Source: an uncultured Clostridia bacterium (lineage in GTDB: Bacteria > Bacillota > Clostridia > Christensenellales > UBA1242). From it: a stretch of DNA of 24,000 nt. The position numbers and the translations under genes are program-made. Of the stretch, positions 17,444 to 24,000 are shown piece after piece. How positions within the stretch are numbered: the first letter of the stretch is position 1; every line of letters begins with the position of its first letter. The notes beneath the pieces were generated by a model. That model saw nothing but the letters and a program-made list of their open reading frames with translations, did no database searches and was not told where the DNA came from. The stretch covers positions 243,545-267,544 of the forward strand of contig CAKVLS010000001.1 in the NCBI GenBank assembly GCA_934757865.1, read 5' to 3'.

Positions 17444-17475
17444 AAAACTATCTTGTAAAAGGGATAGTTTTTTTT
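17444..17475 (+). terminator. Terminator-like hairpin between recN and spoIVB
   Basis: AAAACTATC-ttgtaaaagg-GATAGTTTT followed by T tract that ends at the spoIVB ATG. Confidence 0.7.
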
Positions 17476-18696
17476 ATGAAGAAAAGAAGTTTGTTGTTAG
17501 TGACATTTACTATATTCTTAATACTAGGAATTATGGTATTTGTTCCTTTATATAATCTATCATCGCTTCCAGAAAGCATTGTTGTTTTTGGTTCAGATAT
17601 TGATGATATGAGAAACTCTAATGCTTTTGGCAACTTTGTCAAAGCGGAAATTGCAGACACCGATGTCCTAGCTGACAGCTCAAATAAGAACCCCAACACT
17701 TACATAGACTTTAAGTTATTTGACCTAATACCTATCAAAAGGCAAAAGGTTCAAATAATAAATGACGATGAGGTCTTGAGCGGTGGTGTTCCTATTGGAC
17801 TTGCGCTTAAGGCAAATGGTGCATTAGTTATAGGCAGCAGCAGTGTTAAGACAGAGGACGGTGACTATGATATAGCTACTATTGGTAGTCTTAAAGTAGG
17901 AGATTTGATAACAAAAATTGACGACAAAACGGTTATGAACACAACGGATATCTCAAATTATCTCAACACCAAGGAAAATCAAGAAGACATAGTTAAATTA
18001 ACATATATAAGAAATGAAAAAGAAAATACTATAGAAATTAAACCTGTAAAGGACATACTGACCGACAAGTATAGACTTGGAGTGTGGGTTAGAGATGACG
18101 CTTCTGGTATTGGTACTTTGACCTATGTTAAGGGTAACAACAGATTTGGTGCTTTGGGGCATCCTTTGTGCGATGCAGATGCTAAGAGTATTGTTTCTGT
18201 AAGGTCGGGCAAAGTATATAATTGTTCAGTCTTAGGTGTCAACAAAGGTAAGTCTGGCTCTCCGGGAGAACTTAGAGGTATGTTTTTGCACGGCAAAAGC
18301 GAGCAAGGGTATATAGATAAAAATAACGAGTATGGCATTTTTGGTGAGCTGAAAGAAGACTCTAATTTATTCCAAAAACTAGACAAGGTCAAAGTAGGAG
18401 GAAGATTCTCTGTTAAGCCTGGCAAAGCAAAAATCAAATGCTCTATAGATGGCAATATAAAATTGTATGATATAGAGATAATTAAGACTAATTATAAAAA
18501 TTATAACAATGATAAAAGTATGGTAATAAGGGTAGTGGATAAGGAACTCCTTGCCAAAACTGGTGGCATTGTACAAGGTATGAGTGGTAGTCCTATCATC
18601 CAAAATGGCAAAATAGTAGGTGCCGTAACGCATGTTTTTGTTAACGATCCAACCAAAGGTTTTGGCGTTTATCTTGATTTTATGCTTAACGAATAA
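17476..18696 (+). CDS. spoIVB: SpoIVB peptidase (S55 family, PDZ-containing)
   Basis: PDZ-like GSLKVGDLITKIDDKTVMN; DDASGIGTLTYVKGNNRFGALGHPLCD (catalytic His region) and GGIVQGMSGSPIIQNGKIVGAVTHVFVNDPTKGFGVYLD (catalytic Ser region). Confidence 0.97.
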   Translation: MKKRSLLLVTFTIFLILGIMVFVPLYNLSSLPESIVVFGSDIDDMRNSNAFGNFVKAEIADTDVLADSSNKNPNTYIDFKLFDLIPIKRQKVQIINDDEVLSGGVPIGLALKANGALVIGSSSVKTEDGDYDIATIGSLKVGDLITKIDDKTVMNTTDISNYLNTKENQEDIVKLTYIRNEKENTIEIKPVKDILTDKYRLGVWVRDDASGIGTLTYVKGNNRFGALGHPLCDADAKSIVSVRSGKVYNCSVLGVNKGKSGSPGELRGMFLHGKSEQGYIDKNNEYGIFGELKEDSNLFQKLDKVKVGGRFSVKPGKAKIKCSIDGNIKLYDIEIIKTNYKNYNNDKSMVIRVVDKELLAKTGGIVQGMSGSPIIQNGKIVGAVTHVFVNDPTKGFGVYLDFMLNE

Positions 18697-18702
18697 GGCT
18701 AT

Positions 18703-18796
18703 TTGACATAATTCGACAATATTTTTAATAATATTGTAAAAAAACATTAAATAATATTCAAAAATGCTTGATTTATATTAAAAATAGTAATATTAT
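18703..18796 (+). promoter_or_regulatory. Putative spo0A-like gene promoter region with a 0A box
   Basis: TTCGACAA at 18712-18719 (reverse complement TTGTCGAA, consensus 0A box); putative -35/-10 pair TTGATT (18768-18773)-N17-TATTAT (18791-18796). Confidence 0.65.
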
Positions 18797-18824
18797 GTCT
18801 ATGTAACAACAAAAGAGGGAAAAC

Positions 18825-19526
18825 ATGTACACAGCATACTATTACACAAAAGAGAATAACGAGACTACCGAAACAGTTGAGTATTTGGCTAAAAAATATT
18901 GTCTTAAACTAGAAAGAATTACAGACCTTAGACAAATGATTTTGCGTGGTTCTGATTTGACTAAATATTCTTTGATAGTAGATACTACTAATGTTAATAT
19001 TAGCGATGATCTAATTGATTATATGATTAACTGTGGCGGAAATTCTAAGCTTATGGGTATAATATTGATTGGGGACAAGGATTATACCTGCAAAGTTGCT
19101 GATAACTTACATGTTTATGTTGTTCATATTGGGGAAGGGTTCGGGGCAGAACTTGTTGATAAGTCTTATAGACTCAAAGACAACGATGCGGTAAAAATGC
19201 TTACAGATAGCTTGAGCGAAAAAGTAGATGATATCTTGCTATCTGCCAAGGTTACCCCAAAGTATTTAGGTTATGGATTTTTGAAAGATGCAATTATTTA
19301 TTGTCTAGCTGGTAATGGCAGTGTAGAGAAGTTAAGTAATGTTGTTTATCCTTATATCGCTGGCAAAAATGGAACAAAAGCTAGCAGTGTTGAGAGAAAT
19401 ATAAGAATAGCTATAGAAGTGGCTTGGAGAGGAACAAACACTTCTTTTGGATTTGAAGAAAAACCATCTAATAAAGCATTTATTGCTTTTGTCGTTAATG
19501 ATATAAAAAGATTAGCTAACAAGTAA
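18825..19526 (+). CDS. spo0A: Spo0A-family sporulation transcription factor with divergent receiver domain
   Basis: C-terminal VTPKYLGYGFLKDAIIYCLAGNGSVEKLSNVVYPYIAGKNGTKASSVERNIRIAIEVAWRGTNTSFGFEEKPSNKAFIAFVVNDIKR matches the Spo0A effector domain; immediately downstream of spoIVB as usual; N-terminus lacks a recognisable acidic pair. Confidence 0.9.
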   Translation: MYTAYYYTKENNETTETVEYLAKKYCLKLERITDLRQMILRGSDLTKYSLIVDTTNVNISDDLIDYMINCGGNSKLMGIILIGDKDYTCKVADNLHVYVVHIGEGFGAELVDKSYRLKDNDAVKMLTDSLSEKVDDILLSAKVTPKYLGYGFLKDAIIYCLAGNGSVEKLSNVVYPYIAGKNGTKASSVERNIRIAIEVAWRGTNTSFGFEEKPSNKAFIAFVVNDIKRLANK

Positions 19527-19557
19527 TTTTTTGTAAATATTTTGCATATTTTGTTAT

Positions 19558-20181
19558 ATGGATTGCAAATATTATAATAGTGCCTATATACTAAAACAAA
19601 AAGCCAAAAGGTATGTATCTTTTAACAAGTACTTACTAATGTTTTTGGCTTTTATTTTTTTGATAGCGATGGTAACTGGTATATTTGTAGGAATAAAAGG
19701 TTCTGACAATATCTCTATATCTAATATAAATGATAAGACTCTTGTCAAATTCTTTAAGGGAGATATGGGACCCTTTGCGTTCTTTATAACGAGAATTACC
19801 AAATACTTTTTTGTGCTTACTATAATATTCCTTTTGGGTAAGACAAAATTTTGTTTTCCTATCATAAGCATCTTTTTGGCGTTTATGTCATATAGCTTGG
19901 GGCTTAACTCTTCTGTCTTTATCATACTGTTTGGCATAGGCGGAACAATTAACGCTATAATTGTTATAATACCTATAAGAGTTGTAGTTTTAGCGGTATA
20001 CATTATCGCCTCATGCCTTGCGATAAAGAGTAGTAGTTATATCAAAAAGTACGGAACATGTTACTCACACCCTAAGGCATACCTTAGATGGGGCTGGTTT
20101 TTGGCGGTACTTGCAGTTGTTACTATACTAGAAACGATTTTGATAAATATGTTTAGTAGTGCATTTATCTTTGATTTTTAA
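19558..20181 (+). CDS. SpoIIM-like (stage II sporulation protein M family) membrane protein
   Basis: 207 aa, five hydrophobic segments, SLGLNSSVFIILFGIGGTINAIIVIIPIRVVVLAVYIIASCLAIK compatible with SpoIIM; located before PNP and dacF-like genes as in other Firmicutes. Sequence similarity is weak by eye. Confidence 0.6.
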   Translation: MDCKYYNSAYILKQKAKRYVSFNKYLLMFLAFIFLIAMVTGIFVGIKGSDNISISNINDKTLVKFFKGDMGPFAFFITRITKYFFVLTIIFLLGKTKFCFPIISIFLAFMSYSLGLNSSVFIILFGIGGTINAIIVIIPIRVVVLAVYIIASCLAIKSSSYIKKYGTCYSHPKAYLRWGWFLAVLAVVTILETILINMFSSAFIFDF

Positions 20182-20241
20182 TAGTCAAATAAAAAATTGT
20201 GTGTTATAATCAAAATATAGTAACAAAAGAGGTGTTTGTTG

Positions 20242-21048
20242 ATGGTAAAAGTAAATACTATCATTGATTATGTAAGAACAAAGACCGATATGGTTCCGGA
20301 GATTGCACTTATAGTAACCAATGGATTTAAGAATATTGAAAAAATAATTGAAAACAAAGTTGTTATCAACCTAACTGATATCAAAGGTATAACAGTTTTA
20401 GGCAAAGATAAAAAGAATAAGCTTGTCTTTGGCAGAATTTCTGGCCGTAATGTTGTAGTGCTTATTGGCAGAATGCATTCTTATTTTGGCTACACACCAC
20501 AAGATTATGCTTGCGTTGTGTTTGCTATGAAAGAGCTTGGTTGCAAAAAGTTAATTTGCTCAACAGGTGTTGGAGCTATCTCAAAGAATTATAAAGTTGG
20601 AGACTTGTTTATAGCCAATGACTATATTAACTTTTCAGGCAATAGCCCTCTTATTGGTTTAAGCGAAGATACTTATGGTAGTAAGTATTTTGATATCAGC
20701 GTACCATACAGTGCAGAGCTAAATAAAAAAGCTATGGAAGTTTCTAAAAAGCTTGGTATGAGAACTAGACAAGGCGTACTTATTGAGTTTAGCGGCCCTA
20801 ATAGCGAAACAGCTGCTGAGATAAGAATGGCTCATTTAGTTGGAGCAGATGCAGTAGGTTCTCATATTATCAAAGAAACTATTCTTGCTCGTTACTGTGG
20901 TCTAAAACCTATGAGTATTAATCTAGTAACTAACTATGCTAGCGGATATTCTTATTCAAAAGTAAAATATGAAGATATCCACTACAACCTAGATGTATCT
21001 AGCGATTACTTTAGCGAGTACATCACAGAGGTATTAAAGGTTATTTAA
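20242..21048 (+). CDS. Purine nucleoside phosphorylase family protein
   Basis: GRMHSYFGYTPQDYACVVFAMKELGCKKLICSTGVGAI...GVLIEFSGPNSETAAEIRMAHLVGADAVGSH... Start ATG 20242 preferred (SD agaggtg) over TTG 20236. Confidence 0.88.
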   Translation: MVKVNTIIDYVRTKTDMVPEIALIVTNGFKNIEKIIENKVVINLTDIKGITVLGKDKKNKLVFGRISGRNVVVLIGRMHSYFGYTPQDYACVVFAMKELGCKKLICSTGVGAISKNYKVGDLFIANDYINFSGNSPLIGLSEDTYGSKYFDISVPYSAELNKKAMEVSKKLGMRTRQGVLIEFSGPNSETAAEIRMAHLVGADAVGSHIIKETILARYCGLKPMSINLVTNYASGYSYSKVKYEDIHYNLDVSSDYFSEYITEVLKVI

Positions 21049-21061
21049 TAAAACATTTTAA

Positions 21062-21089
21062 GGCATCTAAATATAGATGTCTTTTTTTT
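21062..21089 (+). terminator. Intrinsic terminator after PNP gene
   Basis: GGCATCTA-aata-TAGATGTC followed by T8. Confidence 0.88.
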
Positions 21090-21135
21090 GCATAAATTTT
21101 GATATTTGACAAAAACTAACTGCAAGGAGAATAAT

Positions 21136-22284
21136 ATGAAAAAGTTTTTTATTTTAGCTGTTTTAGTTTTTGCAGTGATATTCAGTTTTGGCGTTATGCC
21201 AGCGTATGCAGATACTGATTTGATAGACGGAAAAGCCTGTTGTCTTATAGATTTTAATACTGGTAAAGTTCTATATGAGCAACACAGTGATGACCAGTAT
21301 CCGGTAGCTAGTATTGTTAAGCTAATGACAATACTACTTACTACCGAGAATATAGAAAAGGGCAATATCAACCTTGAAGACAAAGTCATAGCTTCTAGTA
21401 CCGCAGCTGGTATGGGCGGCTCTCAAGTATTTATAGAAGAAAATGGTGAGTATGCTATCAAAGACCTTCTAAAAAGCGTAATCATGGCGTCAGCTAATGA
21501 TGCGAGTGTTTTACTAGCGGAGACTATCGCAGGGAGCGAAAGCAATTTTGTAACCCTAATGAACAATAGAGCACAAGAGCTAGGACTTGCCAATACTCAT
21601 TATGCTAACTCTACAGGACTTCCTGCGGCAGGACAATTTTCTTCTGCAAAAGACTGTGCAATTTTGCTAAGAGAAGTATCTAAACATGATATCTATCACA
21701 ACTATAGCAAAATCTGGATGGATACTCTAAGTCACCCAAAAGGCAGAGAAACAGAGCTTGTTAACACTAATAAACTAATTAGATATTATAAAGGCTGTAT
21801 CGGTGGTAAAACTGGTTCTACTGACGAGGCTGGTTATTGCTTGTCAGCTGTTGCTAAGCGTGGTGATATGAAGCTTATCGGCGTAGTATTAGGCACTAAG
21901 AGTAGTAAAGATAGATTTGGCCAAACTTCAAAACTTTTGGATTATGGTTTCAATAGTTATGAGAACAAAAAGATTGTAGCAAAGGGCGAAAAAATAGATA
22001 GTCAAATTAAAGTTAAATTTGGCAAAGAGTCTTATATAAATGGTATCTATGAAGATGACTTTTATGTAATTAGTAGCAAACTTGACAAGTCTAACATAAT
22101 GACAAATATAGAAGTTGAGCAAGAGCTAAAAGCTCCTATAAAAGCTTGTGACAAAATAGGTACAATATATATAACAAGAGATGGAGAAGTTATAGGTGAG
22201 GTTAACATACTAGCCGAAAGAGATGTGGACAAATTAACAACTATAGATAATATCTATAGAATTAGTGAAAACTTCTTTATTTAG
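21136..22284 (+). CDS. dacF: D-alanyl-D-alanine carboxypeptidase (DacF/PBP5 family)
   Basis: Signal peptide MKKFFILAVLVFAVIFSFGVMPAYA; SxxK motif SIVKLM, SAN motif, GKTGSTDEAGYC; SD aaggaga before ATG 21136. Confidence 0.93.
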   Translation: MKKFFILAVLVFAVIFSFGVMPAYADTDLIDGKACCLIDFNTGKVLYEQHSDDQYPVASIVKLMTILLTTENIEKGNINLEDKVIASSTAAGMGGSQVFIEENGEYAIKDLLKSVIMASANDASVLLAETIAGSESNFVTLMNNRAQELGLANTHYANSTGLPAAGQFSSAKDCAILLREVSKHDIYHNYSKIWMDTLSHPKGRETELVNTNKLIRYYKGCIGGKTGSTDEAGYCLSAVAKRGDMKLIGVVLGTKSSKDRFGQTSKLLDYGFNSYENKKIVAKGEKIDSQIKVKFGKESYINGIYEDDFYVISSKLDKSNIMTNIEVEQELKAPIKACDKIGTIYITRDGEVIGEVNILAERDVDKLTTIDNIYRISENFFI

Positions 22285-22309
22285 AATTATTGAGAATATG
22301 AAGATATCA

Positions 22310-22340
22310 AAAACGCTAAATATTATATTTAGCGTTTTTT
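22310..22340 (+). terminator. Intrinsic terminator after dacF-like gene
   Basis: AAAACGCTAAA-tattata-TTTAGCGTTTT followed by T tract. Confidence 0.9.
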
Positions 22341-22410
22341 CTTATGTTTATTACAATAAGGTAGGTTATAGGTGTATATTTTGGCATATTTCGTGCCAGT
22401 TTTTAGTATA

Positions 22411-22520
22411 TTGACAGTCTCAAACTTGCATAGTACTATGCAAACTTTTTAATAAAAAACTTCGCAAATATATTATATTTGCACAAAGTGTTTGCTTATT
22501 TTCATAATTTAGATTATACT
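22411..22520 (+). promoter_or_regulatory. Promoter region of the M50 protease-scpA operon, with two palindromes
   Basis: TTGACA (22411)-N17-TACTAT (22434) overlapping palindrome TTGCATAGTACTATGCAA (22426-22443); inverted repeat GCAAATATATTATATTTGC (22464-22482); second candidate promoter TTGCTT (22492)-N17-TATACT (22515). Confidence 0.6.
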
Positions 22521-22544
22521 AGACAAGTAATAATTGGAGATATT

Positions 22545-23288
22545 ATGTTATTAGAGTTAATTAGTCAGGATTACGACTTTGAGAGTAAGGTAATAATATT
22601 CTTCACATTTTTGATAGCACTTGTTGTGTCTATGACAATACATGAGTTTGCTCATGCCTTTACGGCGATAAAATGCGGAGACCCAACACCTAAGTCTTTT
22701 GGGCGTAACACACTTAATCCACTTGCTCACATAGAGCCTCTTGGATTTATATCGTTTTTGCTTTTAGGTTTCGGTTGGGCTAAACCTGTACCTATCAATA
22801 CACTTAATTTTAGACATTACAAGAGAGATACATTTCTTGTTAGTGTAATGGGTGTTGTTAGCAATATAGTTCTAGCATTTTTATTCATGCCACTTGTTAT
22901 GCTTGTAGTTGTTAATGTATCTAGTTTTGCAAGCTACACATTGTTCCGTATTTTGCTATATCTTACAATTTATTTTGTAACTATCAATGTAGTTATGTTT
23001 GTTTTTAACTTGTTCCCAATTTATCCTCTAGATGGCTTCAACGCAATGTCAGCTTATATGAGATATGAGAACAAATTTGTTGTATTTATGCGTAAATACG
23101 GCACAGCTATTTTGCTTGCACTTCTTATTGTTTTTGATGTTGTTTACAACATTTGGGAAATTGATATTTTGAGTTATATTTGTTTCTATGTTTCTTGGCC
23201 ACTTACAAAATTCTGGTCTTGGGTATTTGGATATGGCGCTCTAAATTTCAATTATCTTGGACTTGTATTATTTGGTATCGTGGGGTAG
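22545..23288 (+). CDS. Site-2 protease (M50 family) membrane metalloprotease, YwhC-like
   Basis: TM segment with HExxH (TIHEFAHAFTA), NPLAHIEPLG, FNLFPIYPLDGFNAM; ATG 22545 with SD ttggaga, not the 22479 ORF start. Confidence 0.93.
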   Translation: MLLELISQDYDFESKVIIFFTFLIALVVSMTIHEFAHAFTAIKCGDPTPKSFGRNTLNPLAHIEPLGFISFLLLGFGWAKPVPINTLNFRHYKRDTFLVSVMGVVSNIVLAFLFMPLVMLVVVNVSSFASYTLFRILLYLTIYFVTINVVMFVFNLFPIYPLDGFNAMSAYMRYENKFVVFMRKYGTAILLALLIVFDVVYNIWEIDILSYICFYVSWPLTKFWSWVFGYGALNFNYLGLVLFGIVG

Positions 23289-23292
23289 ATTT

Positions 23293-24000
23293 ATGGCAGC
23301 GACAGAAAAAAATAAAGAGGTACTTAACCAGCTAAGTATGTTTGATGCTGGTTACAAATTCCATTTGCAAAACTTTGATGGCCCACTAGACCTTCTTTTG
23401 CACCTTATCAAAGAAAGCAAAATGGAAATATTTGAAGTTAATTTGTCAGAGATAACAGAGCAGTACTTGGCATACCTATCAGAGCTAGACACTTTAGATA
23501 TGGACAAGGCTGCGGACTTTATAGATGTGGCATCAACACTTGTTGAGATAAAATCAAAGAGCTTACTTCCTAAACTTGATGAAGGCGATGAGGAAGACGA
23601 TGTTGACCCTGCTACAAAACTTAGACAACAAATTATGGAGTATAAGCTTTTCAAAGATGTTTGCGAAAGACTTAAAGTATATGAAAATGTTGATAGATTT
23701 TATAAAACTCCAGACGAAAAAGTTAACGACTATAGATTTGTGCTACAAGACATGAAACTTGACGGACTTCTTAATGCTTTTGCTAATGTTTTGACAAGAA
23801 TAAAAACTGAAGAAAAAGACGATGAGCCTAAGAAAATTGTAAGAGATAGATGGACCGTTGCCGAAAAGATTGAGTCTATCAAAACGACTCTTACTTTCAA
23901 AGAAAAGGTTAAGTTTACAGAGCTATTTGATAGCGATTATAGTAGAAGTGAGGTTATCAATGTTTTCCTTGCTTTGCTTGAACTTTTGAAGAGACAAGTA
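23293..24000 (+). CDS. scpA: Segregation and condensation protein A (3' truncated by window)
   Basis: Open frame to end of window: MAATEKNKEVLNQLSMFDAGYKFHLQNFDGPLDLLLHLIKESKMEIFEVNLSEITEQYLAYL...; not in the ORF track because no stop is reached. Confidence 0.95.
   Translation, partial: MAATEKNKEVLNQLSMFDAGYKFHLQNFDGPLDLLLHLIKESKMEIFEVNLSEITEQYLAYLSELDTLDMDKAADFIDVASTLVEIKSKSLLPKLDEGDEEDDVDPATKLRQQIMEYKLFKDVCERLKVYENVDRFYKTPDEKVNDYRFVLQDMKLDGLLNAFANVLTRIKTEEKDDEPKKIVRDRWTVAEKIESIKTTLTFKEKVKFTELFDSDYSRSEVINVFLALLELLKRQV

Noticed and set aside
22479-22544. N-terminal extension of the M50 protease ORF
   Set aside because: Starts within an inverted repeat/promoter region; ATG 22545 has a proper SD (ttggaga).
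1-24000. CRISPR array, transposon/IS, phage genes, toxin-antitoxin or defence cassette
   Set aside because: No regularly spaced repeats, transposase-like ORFs, or defence-type domains recognised; the gene content is core translation, repair and sporulation.

Overview
AT-rich Firmicutes (Clostridia-like) core chromosomal segment. All well-supported genes are on the + strand. Order: infB (3' part) - rbfA - nrnA-like DHH phosphoesterase - truB - endonuclease IV-like - efp - spoIIIAA-AB-AC-AD-AE-AF-AG-AH - Asp23/Gls24 protein - nusB - xseA - xseB - proS - ~620-nt structured noncoding RNA - small membrane protein - argR - recN - spoIVB - spo0A-like - SpoIIM-like - purine nucleoside phosphorylase - dacF-like - M50 site-2 protease - scpA (5' part). 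The standout is the 13.42-14.04 kb noncoding region. It has a near-consensus extended -10 promoter, many local and long-range helices and complementary 5' and 3' ends. It sits directly upstream of a polytopic membrane protein and lies between xseB/proS and argR/recN. Size, context and partner gene match the OLE (ornate, large, extremophilic) RNA with its partner OapA, so this is most likely a divergent member of a known but rare and enigmatic RNP system rather than a new class. Other points of interest: a Spo0A homologue with a conserved DNA-binding domain but a strongly degenerate receiver domain, with a perfect 0A box upstream; a 24-bp perfect palindrome (putative ARG box) at argR; and a shared GCATAGTACTATGC palindrome at two distant loci. 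No CRISPR array, transposon, rRNA or tRNA was recognised.
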